From positions 32,001-96,000 of the forward strand of contig JBFWOZ010000004.1 in the NCBI GenBank assembly GCA_050250255.1: DNA of 64,000 bases, in the 5' to 3' direction. The DNA comes from Bdellovibrionales bacterium. Its GTDB lineage: Bacteria; Bdellovibrionota; Bdellovibrionia; Bdellovibrionales; DASUEL01. Under the pieces are notes generated by a model that was given only the letters and a program-made list of their open reading frames with translations, had not been told where the DNA came from and did no database searches. The translations under genes were made by a program, and so were the position numbers. Positions 9,851 through 20,235 of the stretch are shown piece after piece (within the stretch, counting starts at the first letter, position 1; each line of letters starts with the position of its first letter).

Positions 9851-11836
9851 ATGGAACTAGTGAACCGAGCGTCTGAAAGGACATCAGTGGAAAAATTGAA
9901 AACTGAAACTCAACCTGCCACTCCTACACTAACTCCAACACCCCATAAAGCATGGACCGTTGAAGACAGCGAAGCGATCTACGGAATTAAAAATTGGGGC
10001 GCTGGTTATTTTAAAATTAACCCCAAAGGTCGTATCAGCATCACTCCTCATGGACCAAACGGTGCACAAGTAGATCTCCTAGAACTCATCGAAGATCTTC
10101 GTGATCGCGGAATTCGCACACCGATCTTAGTACGTTTTCCTGATATCGTAAAATCACGTATTCATCTTTTGAACAGCTGTTTTGATCGCGCCATTAAAGA
10201 GTATGGTTACAACGGCCGTTACTGTGGCGTTTATCCGATAAAAGTAAATCAACAAAAACATCTCGTAAAAGAAATCGTCAGCTGTGGGGCGAAGTACAAT
10301 TTAGGTCTTGAGTGCGGTAGCAAGCCAGAACTCCTCGTGGTTCTTGGACTTATGAACGCTCCCGACGCTCTCATCATTGCCAATGGTTTCAAAGATGAAG
10401 AATATATTGAGACCGCTCTTCTTTCTCAAAAACTTGGACGAAATACGATCATCGTTGTCGATCGCTACAGTGAACTTCAAATGATTCTCGCGGCCGCTAA
10501 AAAGGTGAACGCAAAACCTCGCATTGGTTTTCGCGCAAAACTGGAATCTAAAGGCTCTGGCCGTTGGATTGATTCATCAGGCGCACGCTCAAAATTTGGA
10601 CTTACTCCCGCTGAGATCGTTCAGGGCGTAGAGCTCTTAAAGCAAGAAAACATGCTCGACTGCTTAGAGCTTCTCCACTTTCATATTGGTTCTCAGATTT
10701 CTTCTATTCAAGCGATCAAATCCTCTCTTAAAGAAGGCACAAGATTTCTGGCAGAACTTTACGCCCTTGGCGCGCGTCCAAAATATATCGATGTTGGTGG
10801 GGGCCTTGGAGTAGATTATGATGGCTCGGGTGCTAGCGATAGCTCGATCAATTACAGCGAACAAGAATACGCAAACGATGTTGTTTCAACGATTCAAGCC
10901 ATCTGTGACGAAAGAAAGATTCCTCACCCAAATATCGTCACTGAGTCTGGCCGCTCTCTCGTGGCCCACCACTCCGTTCTCGTCTTTGATGTCCTTGGAG
11001 TGAACGAAGTCGCAAAGATGTCTTTCTCTCAACCTGTTGATGAAAATGATCATAAGATTACCCGCAGTCTTCACGAAATTTATGAAGGTCTAAAGCTTGA
11101 GAACATTCGCGAAAGTTATCACGATAGCCTCCAGTTTAAAGAAGAGGCTCTCCAGCTTTTCACTCTTGGATATTTAAGCCTTACACAACGAGCGAAAATC
11201 GAAAACCTTCTTTGGGCGATCAACACGAAAGTCGCAAAACTTGCGGCGACCAACGAAGATTATTCCGATATTATTCCGGCACTCTCTCAAGACATCACCG
11301 ACACCTATTTCTGTAATTTCTCGATCTTCCAATCCACACCAGATACCTGGGCTGTGGAACAACTTTTCCCTATCATGCCGATTCACCGCCTTAGCGAAGA
11401 GCCTCGCCGTAAAGCGGTTCTCGTCGATCTTACTTGTGACTCCGACGGAAAGCTGGATCGATTTATTTCTAATGAGCAGGAAAAAAAGAACGCTCTCGAA
11501 GTTCACTATCTTCAACCGAACACACCTTATTTCTTAGGCGCTTTCCTTATCGGAGCTTATCAAGAGATCCTTGGAGATCTTCATAACCTCTTTGGAGACA
11601 CCGATGCCGTTCATATCAACATCACCGAAGCGGGTTACACCGTTGAGGATGTTGTAGAAGGTGATTCCGTAGCCGAAGTTCTTTCTTACGTTCAGTACGA
11701 AAGATCAGAACTAGTCGACAGCATTCGTCGTGCAGCTGAGGCGGGGATTCAGCGCGGAACGATCACAAAACAAGAAGCTCGCCTCCTCTTAAAGCATTAT
11801 GAGGAAGGCTTAGCAGGCTACACTTACTTGGAATAA
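9851..11836 (+). CDS. speA: Biosynthetic arginine decarboxylase
   Basis: YPIKVNQ (PLP lysine), GSKPEL, HFHIGSQ, DVGGGLG, ESGR, TCDSDG, GAYQE.LG..HNLFG. ATG at 9851 after GAGGGG. Confidence 0.95.
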   Translation: MELVNRASERTSVEKLKTETQPATPTLTPTPHKAWTVEDSEAIYGIKNWGAGYFKINPKGRISITPHGPNGAQVDLLELIEDLRDRGIRTPILVRFPDIVKSRIHLLNSCFDRAIKEYGYNGRYCGVYPIKVNQQKHLVKEIVSCGAKYNLGLECGSKPELLVVLGLMNAPDALIIANGFKDEEYIETALLSQKLGRNTIIVVDRYSELQMILAAAKKVNAKPRIGFRAKLESKGSGRWIDSSGARSKFGLTPAEIVQGVELLKQENMLDCLELLHFHIGSQISSIQAIKSSLKEGTRFLAELYALGARPKYIDVGGGLGVDYDGSGASDSSINYSEQEYANDVVSTIQAICDERKIPHPNIVTESGRSLVAHHSVLVFDVLGVNEVAKMSFSQPVDENDHKITRSLHEIYEGLKLENIRESYHDSLQFKEEALQLFTLGYLSLTQRAKIENLLWAINTKVAKLAATNEDYSDIIPALSQDITDTYFCNFSIFQSTPDTWAVEQLFPIMPIHRLSEEPRRKAVLVDLTCDSDGKLDRFISNEQEKKNALEVHYLQPNTPYFLGAFLIGAYQEILGDLHNLFGDTDAVHINITEAGYTVEDVVEGDSVAEVLSYVQYERSELVDSIRRAAEAGIQRGTITKQEARLLLKHYEEGLAGYTYLE

Positions 11837-11838
11837 GA

Positions 11839-12891
11839 ATGAGCTTTAACCCTAACGATGTCGCTTCAGCAGATTCAGGTATTTTTGGTCTTCCCTACAC
11901 GGAAGATGAAGCGAAGCTCGTAATTGTGCCGATCCCCTGGGAAGCTACGGTTTCTTACGGCGGCGGCACTTCACGCGGACCAGAACTTGTTTTACAGGCC
12001 AGCAAACAAGTCGATCTTTTCGACCTTGAACTTCAAAATGCTTTTGAAGTTGGCTACTACATGGAGCCCATCTCTCACGAAGTAGATTCCATGAACGAGC
12101 GGGCAAAATCTCGCGCGCAACTCGTGATTGAAGCGGCCATACATCCCGAATCTCACAAGAACAAATCAGAAATCAATGAGGCCTCAGAAGAAGTAAACGT
12201 TCTTGGCGATAAACTGAACACTTGGGTTTACGAACAAACTAAAAAATGGCTCAAAAAAGATAAGCTCGTCGGCCTTTTAGGGGGAGATCACTCCACTCCT
12301 TACGGAGCCATTCGTGCCATCAGCGAAAAATATAAAGGTGACTTTGGGATTTTACATATCGATGCCCATGCGGATCTTCGTGATGCCTATGAAGGCTTCA
12401 CTTGGTCTCACGCGTCCATCATGTTCAACGTCATGCAAAGTGATTTCAAACCCAAAAAACTTGTTCAGATAGGAATCAGGGATTTTTGTGAAGAGGAATA
12501 TGAGCTTATTCGCTCTCGTGATGATATTAAAAGTTATTTCGATACTGAAACTCAAAGAAAACTTCTAGCAGGCAAACCTTGGGCTGAACTTGCCGAAGAC
12601 ATGATTTCTCAACTTCCTGAGAATGTTTATGTTTCATTCGATATTGATGGTTTGGATCCCAGTCTTTGCCCCAATACAGGCACACCAGTTCCTGGTGGAT
12701 TAAATTTCCACCAAGTTCTTACTCTCTTGCGGCTCCTTCACGAAAAGAAAAAACGCATCGTGGGTTTTGACCTTAACGAAGTCTCTGGCGGTTCTGAGAG
12801 CATTGAATGGAACGGCAACATTGGAGCTCGTATCCTCTACAAACTTTGTGGTTGGACCGTGATCACAAATCAACTCTATAAACCCACATGA
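11839..12891 (+). CDS. speB: Agmatinase (ureohydrolase family)
   Basis: GGDHS, DAHADLR, SFDIDGLDP, GTPVPGG. Directly downstream of speA. Confidence 0.9.
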   Translation: MSFNPNDVASADSGIFGLPYTEDEAKLVIVPIPWEATVSYGGGTSRGPELVLQASKQVDLFDLELQNAFEVGYYMEPISHEVDSMNERAKSRAQLVIEAAIHPESHKNKSEINEASEEVNVLGDKLNTWVYEQTKKWLKKDKLVGLLGGDHSTPYGAIRAISEKYKGDFGILHIDAHADLRDAYEGFTWSHASIMFNVMQSDFKPKKLVQIGIRDFCEEEYELIRSRDDIKSYFDTETQRKLLAGKPWAELAEDMISQLPENVYVSFDIDGLDPSLCPNTGTPVPGGLNFHQVLTLLRLLHEKKKRIVGFDLNEVSGGSESIEWNGNIGARILYKLCGWTVITNQLYKPT

Positions 12892-13835
12892 GAGTAACGC
12901 CTAAGGCTCAAGCTGAGAAATTTGCTACTAAGCTCATCTCAGATCCGGTCAAAAGAGAGCAGTTTCTCGAATTTCTTTTTCAAGATTGTGAACAAACAAG
13001 TCTCATCTGCCTTTCTCCAGAAACTCAGAACTTACCATTTGAAACCTTGGAACCCTTCCCGCAGCAACCCTCCTTTATTCAAAGACCAAAGAGTAAATCA
13101 GAAGCCACCAAAAGTCCGCTCCATGAACAAGGCGCCTATTACTGTCTCGATTATTCCTCGGTCTTAGAAGCCCTACCTTTAACTGCGTTAAAGCTTCATC
13201 ATCCTGTTGTTCTCGATCTCTGTGCCGCACCTGGAGGAAAATCTCTCTTTGCGTGGCGGGCACTACAACCAAGTCTTCTCCTTTCAAACGAAGTGACTCA
13301 ATCTCGCGTGAAGATGTTAATCTCGAATATCAAACGCTGTGGTGTGAAGCCCGTAAAGATTCTTTCGCAAGCCCCACAGAAACTTGTGGAACGCCTTGAA
13401 AGCTCCGTGAACGTCCTCTTGATCGATGCTCCTTGCACCGGCCAATCCCTCGTCGCCAAAAAACAATCGGCACCAGGCGCGTTTAGCACTCACCAAATTA
13501 ATGGAAATGCCATGAGACAAAGAGGCATTATTTCGAGCGGCGGCCAAATGCTTGCAAGCGGCGGCTATCTTCTTTACACGACTTGCACCTACTCGAGAGA
13601 AGAAAACGAAGATATTATCGAATGGTTCTTAAAAAAGAATGACGACTTCGAGTCGGTTGCGGTCCCAGCACTTTTAGAATTTCAGTCGGAATTTATGAAA
13701 GAAAATTGTTATCGTTTTTGGCCCGATCCTCAAAGAGGTGCCGGTGGATTCTCTTGCCTCTTGCGACGAAAAGGGGATGCTCCCGAGGCTCTTCCAGATC
13801 TCACAGAGCTTCCACATGTCTGGGCAAATATTTAA
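12888..13835 (+). CDS. RsmB/RsmF (NOL1/NOP2/Sun) RNA m5C methyltransferase
   Basis: LDLCAAPGGKS, DAPCTG, YTTCT...EENE, GF motif. Confidence 0.88.
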   Translation: MRVTPKAQAEKFATKLISDPVKREQFLEFLFQDCEQTSLICLSPETQNLPFETLEPFPQQPSFIQRPKSKSEATKSPLHEQGAYYCLDYSSVLEALPLTALKLHHPVVLDLCAAPGGKSLFAWRALQPSLLLSNEVTQSRVKMLISNIKRCGVKPVKILSQAPQKLVERLESSVNVLLIDAPCTGQSLVAKKQSAPGAFSTHQINGNAMRQRGIISSGGQMLASGGYLLYTTCTYSREENEDIIEWFLKKNDDFESVAVPALLEFQSEFMKENCYRFWPDPQRGAGGFSCLLRRKGDAPEALPDLTELPHVWANI

Positions 13836-14735
13836 TTATTGCGTGAGAAGCTCTTGAACCGTTTCTGAAGTTTCAAATTTTCGACCAATCTCAATCATTG
13901 GATAGTAAGAGCTAGGAAGTCGATTGTACTCATTTTCATCTCTTCGCGCCTGCTCCCATATATTACGAATTTCAGTCGCCTCTTTTAAAACCGTAGCAAT
14001 GAGAGCTTTATTATTTTTATTTTTTAAAATGAGAGCCGAATAAAGTTTTTTATCTTTCGCCTGAAAATCAATCAAATATTCCATTAGGACATTTCGTCGA
14101 TGGATCATTTCAAGAGGAGTTAACGAAACCGTATTGGTTCTCCAATCAAGCCATGGAAATTTATTTTGGATGTTGACCTTAACGCTTGAGATATGGAGCT
14201 TTTCTAAAAGGTATTGCAGTTCGAGATCTTTAGATTTTTCATCATTTCTTTTAAGCATGGCCATATCGACTTCTTGTAGAGCCGCCGTATCGGTTTTGAG
14301 GTTGGTATTCACACGCGGAAATTCTGATTTCTTTTCTAAGCAACCCCACTTATCCGTCTTGGGTAAATACATGCATTCTTTGGAACCCAAGTCGAAATGC
14401 ACATCGCCCGCGGAGTGAGCAAGCTCGGTGTACACATCGGCCTGATCAATATCACCGCATTTTAATGTTCGATCTAAACCCGCCAGAGGATTATTGGTTT
14501 TATTTTTTTCGTTAAAACGCTTCACAAGATTGCGGATGACTTGAAGATCATGCTTCTCGATCACCGCTAGCATATCGGCACGGCATTTTTTTACCTCAGC
14601 CTGACTCACTTTCTCTTTTTGAGCATCGGCTAAATTGAAAATTTTTTGAGTGGTTGTGCAACCTGTAAAAACCAATAAGCTTATAGCAACAGTGAATTTC
14701 ACGAGCTTTTCCTTATTCTTATTGTTCAAATGCAT
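13836..14735 (-). CDS. Hypothetical lipoprotein
   Basis: Hydrophobic stretch ending in lipobox-like VFTGC. Start uncertain (14735 or later). Confidence 0.6.
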   Translation of the reverse strand: MHLNNKNKEKLVKFTVAISLLVFTGCTTTQKIFNLADAQKEKVSQAEVKKCRADMLAVIEKHDLQVIRNLVKRFNEKNKTNNPLAGLDRTLKCGDIDQADVYTELAHSAGDVHFDLGSKECMYLPKTDKWGCLEKKSEFPRVNTNLKTDTAALQEVDMAMLKRNDEKSKDLELQYLLEKLHISSVKVNIQNKFPWLDWRTNTVSLTPLEMIHRRNVLMEYLIDFQAKDKKLYSALILKNKNNKALIATVLKEATEIRNIWEQARRDENEYNRLPSSYYPMIEIGRKFETSETVQELLTQ

Positions 14736-15354
14736 AGGCCGCAGAAAACAAAAAGGCCGAGTTATAAATTTCGTAATTCTCACTCACAGAAACCAAGCCA
14801 CGAAGATATTGAAGACTTACAATAAAACTAGAGTCCTGATCTTGAATCCATCTCTTACCCACACTCACTACGGCTTGGAAATCATAGTCTCTCGTTTTTA
14901 AGTGATACGTTTCGCTTACCTGTCCATCACTAAGATTAAGATGTTTAGAAAAAGCATAGGAGGGTAAAATAGACGCTTTTACGAACCATGGATTAATTGG
15001 AGTGAGTTCATACTTCACACCAAGGGGAATGGCGAAATATCCGATGTCATAGTTAATACTCAAGTTCTCGAATTTACCCCTAGAGCCGAGTTGGCGATAA
15101 AGAAAACCCGTTTCAAACGTCGCCTGTGTAGATCCAAATTCTATCAAGGCCCCAACCCCATAACCAAATTTTTGACTTTGTTCGTAGTTGATATCACCTT
15201 GAAATGAACTCGTAACTAAGCTCAGCTCAGGACTAAAGCGACGTGTAAAACCCTTTTCTTTCTGAAGCATTTGGAGCGCTGGACTCACCGAGGCTGGATT
15301 TTCCGATGACCACGACAGACAAGTGGATAGGAAAAGACTTAAGAATAAAAACAT
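14719..15354 (-). CDS. Outer-membrane beta-barrel (porin-like) protein
   Basis: Signal peptide, alternating beta-strand pattern, Y..IPL..KY, near-terminal aromatic strand (SAAYAF). Confidence 0.7.
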   Translation of the reverse strand: MFLFLSLFLSTCLSWSSENPASVSPALQMLQKEKGFTRRFSPELSLVTSSFQGDINYEQSQKFGYGVGALIEFGSTQATFETGFLYRQLGSRGKFENLSINYDIGYFAIPLGVKYELTPINPWFVKASILPSYAFSKHLNLSDGQVSETYHLKTRDYDFQAVVSVGKRWIQDQDSSFIVSLQYLRGLVSVSENYEIYNSAFLFSAAYAFEQ

Positions 15355-15488
15355 ATATATCCCTCTTTGAAGGCTCATTTCTACTCAAAGGAGACTTAGG
15401 AATAAATATAAGAGATCGAAAATGAACTCTTTTCTATGAAAACTTTCCTCGGTTGACCCTTAGGAGGGCCTTCTATAGCTAAATAGGT

Positions 15489-16691
15489 ATGACAAAAAAG
15501 TATCTGGTTTTATTTTCTATCATACTAGGCAGTTTCAAAGTGGCTTTCGCCCAAATGCCTGCTTCTAAGATTCAACCCTTCTCTCCACTGACGGGTCCTT
15601 ATGCGGTCGGTACAGTTCAATTTGAGTGGACGGATTTGGACCATGAAGAGATTTTTACAAGCAAAGTGGGCGACAAAAGAGTGGTCGTCGCTCAGATTTG
15701 GTATCCCGCCAATAAGACCAACACTTCGCCCAATGCCCCTTATCTTTTGAGTCCATTAGAATTTTCAGGTGTCACCAAAGATGCAAAACGACTTCAGATT
15801 GCCAATTCTCTAGTTCAAACTCGCTCCCATATAAATGTTCCGGTCGCCACCGCTCAATCTCAATATCCGATATTAATCTATAATCCCGGCGGTGCGAACA
15901 CTCGATTTCTTAGTTCCTTCGTAACAGAGCAACTTGCTAGTCATGGTTTCATTGTTGTTGCGATTGAGCATTACGGCAATAGCATGGCGACTCATTTTCC
16001 AGATGGTAGCCCCATGAATTTTGATCGCCCACCGGTCAAGCACTATCCAGAAGATCGTCCGCTTCCGTCTCCAGAGCAATACGAAAAAGAAGCTCTCGAG
16101 AGCATAAAGGAACGCGATGAGAACCTGATGCCGATTTATCTGCAAGATACTCATTTTATTATAAGTAAAATTCGAGAACTTCATCGAACAAATAATCTTT
16201 TTCGTGGTCGATTTAATTTCGATAAATTAGGAGCACTCGGATGGTCTTTCGGAGGTGCTACTTCGATACAACTTCTTGTAAACGACAGAAGGTTTAAAGC
16301 TGCCGCAAATCTCGATGGCCAACTCTCAGGAGTCGGTAAAGAATCAATGGAAACTCACAAACCATTTCTCCTGCTCACAAGCTCACCAACAGAGTATTCG
16401 AAAGACCCAATGGGAAAGGTGATGGCTCGGCTGGATAAAATGACCGCACGCTGGACCACCTGGCTCTTAAACTACTCAACAGGCCCTCGCTACCATTCGG
16501 CCGTAGCAGGAACGGATCACGGGAGTTTTTCTGATTGGAATATCCTTCTTGCGTTCGCTGATTGGCAATTCAAAATCCCTTCTAAAGATACGGAAGCCAT
16601 CGAAGCTGCACGCAAAAAATACGAAGTTCAAAAAAATCGTGAGCAAACGATCAGTGATTTAGTAGTAAAGTTCTTCCTCAGACACCTTTAG
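15489..16691 (+). CDS. Secreted alpha/beta hydrolase (PAF-acetylhydrolase-like)
   Basis: Signal peptide, GPYAVG, QIWYPA, LASHGFIVVAIEH, GWSFGG nucleophile elbow, NLDG, H..FSD. Confidence 0.85.
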   Translation: MTKKYLVLFSIILGSFKVAFAQMPASKIQPFSPLTGPYAVGTVQFEWTDLDHEEIFTSKVGDKRVVVAQIWYPANKTNTSPNAPYLLSPLEFSGVTKDAKRLQIANSLVQTRSHINVPVATAQSQYPILIYNPGGANTRFLSSFVTEQLASHGFIVVAIEHYGNSMATHFPDGSPMNFDRPPVKHYPEDRPLPSPEQYEKEALESIKERDENLMPIYLQDTHFIISKIRELHRTNNLFRGRFNFDKLGALGWSFGGATSIQLLVNDRRFKAAANLDGQLSGVGKESMETHKPFLLLTSSPTEYSKDPMGKVMARLDKMTARWTTWLLNYSTGPRYHSAVAGTDHGSFSDWNILLAFADWQFKIPSKDTEAIEAARKKYEVQKNREQTISDLVVKFFLRHL

Positions 16692-16723
16692 CCCAAACCC
16701 TAGATAATAAAATATTAAAACGC

Positions 16724-17599
16724 TTATTTATATTGCAAAACTTTTTGCGAGCTCACACTCAACATCGTTTCGATTTCTTGGTTGGTAAAACCAATTTTTC
16801 GTAAATTCTCAAGAGTCGACACCATTGTGTTCGTCAAGATAGAGTCTGAGCCAAACACCGTGTTCTCAACACCCCATTTACGCACGTACCAGAGCAAAAC
16901 ATTTTTTTCGATATGGTCTTTATAGGCGTCACTAATCCAGCTTAGCTCCAAAAAGACATTTCTTCGCGCATTAGGAGTGCGGTCATAGTAATTAAGCGCA
17001 TAATCAAGACCACGGTAGTTATGAAAATACGTGTGAAAGAATACAAATGGAGTGTTCGGAAAACCTCTCGCTAGAACGGATAAGAAAATATCTGAAAACG
17101 GGTCGTAGAAAGCGGAGTGAACCAGGACAATCATATCTAAAGCATCGACTTTTGCGAAATAAGTACGAAACAACTGCTGTATTTCGACGCTTTGAAAATT
17201 CATTTTTTTCGAGTTCCCAAATGGATGAACTTTCACCGATTTTATTTTGAGCTCTGTATGGCAACGCTCAAGTTCTTCATGGGCCCACGTCACGTTCAGC
17301 GGAACCCCACAAGCTGCAATAAATTTATTAGGGAATTTTTCCGCCTGCTGTGCAACGAATTCATTTTCGATTTGCGATTTAGCTCGCTCTGTCTCTTCTG
17401 TCAAATAACCCGAGCTAATGAGAACAGCTTTTGCGAGACCCGCTTCTTGCATTTTCGCAAGCACATTGTCGATATAGTCTGCGTCTTGAGGAGTCGCTGT
17501 CGATCTTACGTGTACATGAAAGTCCACCGACTCTGCTAGAGCTGGGAGCGCAAACAAATGAAAAGCCAAAAAGAAGTAACCAACTAATGTTTTATTCAT
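16724..17599 (-). CDS. Secreted amidohydrolase-family protein
   Basis: Signal peptide, DFHVH, VKVHP, VHS, FGSD. Confidence 0.8.
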   Translation of the reverse strand: MNKTLVGYFFLAFHLFALPALAESVDFHVHVRSTATPQDADYIDNVLAKMQEAGLAKAVLISSGYLTEETERAKSQIENEFVAQQAEKFPNKFIAACGVPLNVTWAHEELERCHTELKIKSVKVHPFGNSKKMNFQSVEIQQLFRTYFAKVDALDMIVLVHSAFYDPFSDIFLSVLARGFPNTPFVFFHTYFHNYRGLDYALNYYDRTPNARRNVFLELSWISDAYKDHIEKNVLLWYVRKWGVENTVFGSDSILTNTMVSTLENLRKIGFTNQEIETMLSVSSQKVLQYK

Positions 17600-17839
17600 A
17601 AGTTCGATCTATGGGGATACACATTTTCTGTCAATAAAAGTTATTGACCCACCGAGCGGTGCGCACTGCCCGAGCGCGGCGATTCTCATGATCCGACCTT
17701 CGATAAGATAGTCTGCTCCATCTACCGTTCATTTTCTTTAAGCTTCGATTTTATTTTGCAACCTCCTCGAATGCCGCAGTCTGCAAGGTGCAAACTGGGA
17801 TTCAAGGATAGAACCTCCTACTGAGAATAGGAGGAAGGT

Positions 17840-17965
17840 ATGAACAACCAACACATTGTTCGTATCGTAAAAGACCGAAGAAAACTGAAGGCCTGGATTC
17901 GTAGAACGTATGTGATTTTATCTTGGTTGAAGCTTCTTTGGTTCATCTGGACTTTGTTCCGTTAG
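17840..17965 (+). CDS. 41-aa cationic, Trp-rich hydrophobic peptide (type I toxin-like); not in ORF track
   Basis: AGGAGG 5 nt before ATG. MNNQHIVRIVKDRRKLKAWIRRTYVILSWLKLLWFIWTLFR*. Confidence 0.6.
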   Translation: MNNQHIVRIVKDRRKLKAWIRRTYVILSWLKLLWFIWTLFR

Positions 17966-18232
17966 TTGAAGATCTCTTGTGGGTGGCTTTTTAAGCATTA
18001 GCATGGAAGGTGCTTTGAGGGCTGCGGCGCCTTCTTTGCGGTTCGAAATTCTACGTTTACACGAACAGTCCTCAGGTTAAAAGCATTGGAATTGCGACCA
18101 TCAGTTTTAAAACTCATTTACTTCTCTTCCTCTTTTTGAATTATTTTTATACTACTAAGCATGCAGCATTAGATGCTGCAGTTTGCAGCGCGAACTGTAG
18201 CGCTTATGGGGGTTCGTGTGTATATTCCGCCC

Positions 18233-19060
18233 ATGACATCAGACACAACCCAAATTCAGGTAGAGGATTTTCGATTTCTTCTCCAGCAAGAGCTCTTGAA
18301 GAGAACAACTAAAAATCCAAAGTACTCCATGCGCGCTTTTGCTCTTCATTTGGGAGTTAGCTCTCCTGTTTTGTCACATCTATTGGCTGGCCGAAGACCT
18401 TTGACTGAAAAACTAATTTTTAAATTTAGCCAATCCCTGGGACTTCCTCCAAATCATGTTCATTTTTATATTTCAATGCTGCAAAAAAATACTTCTTCAT
18501 CAGGTAAAGAGGCTATGCCCTTTTCCACATTGTCTCTTGATACATTTCATGTGATTTCTGATTGGTATCACGACGCCATTCTTGAGCTCACCCACATTCC
18601 TCATTTTCAACCAAAACACAAATGGATTGCCCGAGCGCTTGGAATTTCAGTTAACGAAGTGAGTGTAGCTGTAGAGCGTCTTGTACGCCTAAAATTGTTG
18701 TCAGTAGATCAAAATAATAAATGGCAAGACAACTCTAGGGACAACACCACTCAAGCACATCCTGACATCAGTTCTGTTGCCTTAAGAAAATATCAAGAAA
18801 AAATTCTTGAGCTTTCGCTGGAGTCACTTCGTAATGTTCCTAAATCTCAGAGAGATCATACTTCAACTATGACAGCTATCGATAGCTCCGATCTTGATGA
18901 AATAAAAAATCGCATTAAGAGATTTCGAAAAGAATTAAGTGATTTTCTGCAAAGAGATGGCATAAAGCCTAATCAAATTTATCAACTTTCTGTTTCTTAT
19001 TTTCCATTAACCAAAATTGAACAAGAAAACCCAGGAGAACAAAATGAATACATTGGTTAA
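18233..19060 (+). CDS. TIGR02147/DUF4423 family HTH protein
   Basis: NPKYSMRAFA HTH, WYHDAILEL, IARALG, C-terminal YQLSVSYFPLT. ATG at 18233 preferred. Confidence 0.85.
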   Translation: MTSDTTQIQVEDFRFLLQQELLKRTTKNPKYSMRAFALHLGVSSPVLSHLLAGRRPLTEKLIFKFSQSLGLPPNHVHFYISMLQKNTSSSGKEAMPFSTLSLDTFHVISDWYHDAILELTHIPHFQPKHKWIARALGISVNEVSVAVERLVRLKLLSVDQNNKWQDNSRDNTTQAHPDISSVALRKYQEKILELSLESLRNVPKSQRDHTSTMTAIDSSDLDEIKNRIKRFRKELSDFLQRDGIKPNQIYQLSVSYFPLTKIEQENPGEQNEYIG

Positions 19061-19628
19061 GCTGCTAAGTCTTGCGATCATATTTACCAGCATAGTTCCC
19101 GTTCATGCTCAAAGAAGTAAGGATCGAGGTGGACAACTTATTAAGAATCCAATACCAAATCTCCGATTTGAATATAACTGTAACCTCAACTGGATGAACT
19201 TAGAACCCACCTTAAAGGGATTTGCAGTGGGACAGACAAGCTTTAAACTTAGCAATTCAATTCACGAAGTAAGCTCTGAAGATTTCATGTGGCGCTATGG
19301 ATATACATCTTCGCCTGTCTATCGCGACGATATGAAAGTTCAGTGGAGTGAGACTGGTAACCCATTACAAAATTTGAGGCTATTTTCAGCAAGTGTATTT
19401 ATTCATCAACTACAAGAGACAACTACAAACGTAATAGATCTTCAAAACTTCGCTGTAGATCTCACTTTACTTTTTCTTGTTCAGCGCGGCTCCACAGTGC
19501 TCCAGGTACGAAGTGGAACTAGAGGCTCCTTGGCTGATTTAGTTTTAAGAGCTATTGTGGGTGTTGACTCGTTTGAGTCTAACCAGCGACAAGGATCTTA
19601 TTCTTTCAATCTAATTTGTAAACAGTAG
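19044..19628 (+). CDS. Hypothetical secreted protein
   Basis: AGGAG SD, signal peptide ending VHA, overlaps the TIGR02147 gene. Confidence 0.7.
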   Translation: MNTLVKLLSLAIIFTSIVPVHAQRSKDRGGQLIKNPIPNLRFEYNCNLNWMNLEPTLKGFAVGQTSFKLSNSIHEVSSEDFMWRYGYTSSPVYRDDMKVQWSETGNPLQNLRLFSASVFIHQLQETTTNVIDLQNFAVDLTLLFLVQRGSTVLQVRSGTRGSLADLVLRAIVGVDSFESNQRQGSYSFNLICKQ

Positions 19629-19661
19629 TTCTAAAAACAATAACAAGTGAATGGAAAATGT

Positions 19662-20180
19662 ATGTTCAAAATTAACTTAGGCATCCTAACAACTCTTTGT
19701 TTGCTTACAGTAAGCGCAAAGGCTGACAAATATGGAGATCTTGAAAAACTTTATCAAACTGGAAGTCTACCTAGCTACGCTTCCATTGCAAACGGTTACA
19801 GTGGCCGTTGTTACTTAGTTGGTAATAATGTCGGTGCCGGTGCATTATCATTTGGACTGTTTTCGAATGGTGCTCAAAAAGCTGTATTTTATTCTGAAAA
19901 AAGCTTGGCCCCTGATTACTTTGATGTCCTGACCATTGAAACGGTTGAACTTGTTAGAAGACTCACGGTCTCTATTTACCCATACAACAGCCAGACTATG
20001 AACAATAGTATTTATAGCGAGAGTGCTCTCTACAACACAGCAATGGGAGAAATTGTCACAAGGGCTTGGTGGAGAATGACGAGCGAAGGATTTGTAACCA
20101 AAGTGGAAGATACTATTAAAAATATTTCTGGATCAACGACTCAGAAATTCTTTTGTCAGTTTATAAAAAGAATTAACTAA
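19662..20180 (+). CDS. Hypothetical secreted protein
   Basis: Signal peptide ending AKA. Two Cys in the mature region. Confidence 0.7.
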   Translation: MFKINLGILTTLCLLTVSAKADKYGDLEKLYQTGSLPSYASIANGYSGRCYLVGNNVGAGALSFGLFSNGAQKAVFYSEKSLAPDYFDVLTIETVELVRRLTVSIYPYNSQTMNNSIYSESALYNTAMGEIVTRAWWRMTSEGFVTKVEDTIKNISGSTTQKFFCQFIKRIN

Positions 20181-20235
20181 ATATATTTTAAAACTATGAA
20201 TTTTGTCGTCGAGATACACTTGATGAGGAGTAAAT

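Noticed and set aside
7458..13547. Many 60-145 aa ORFs antisense or out of frame within leuS, speA, speB and the methyltransferase (similar ones occur throughout the window)
   Set aside because: Shadow ORFs fully inside well-supported genes.
17630..17648. Perfect palindrome GTCAATAA-aag-TTATTGAC
   Set aside because: Real, but could simply be back-to-back -35 elements. No regulator can be assigned.
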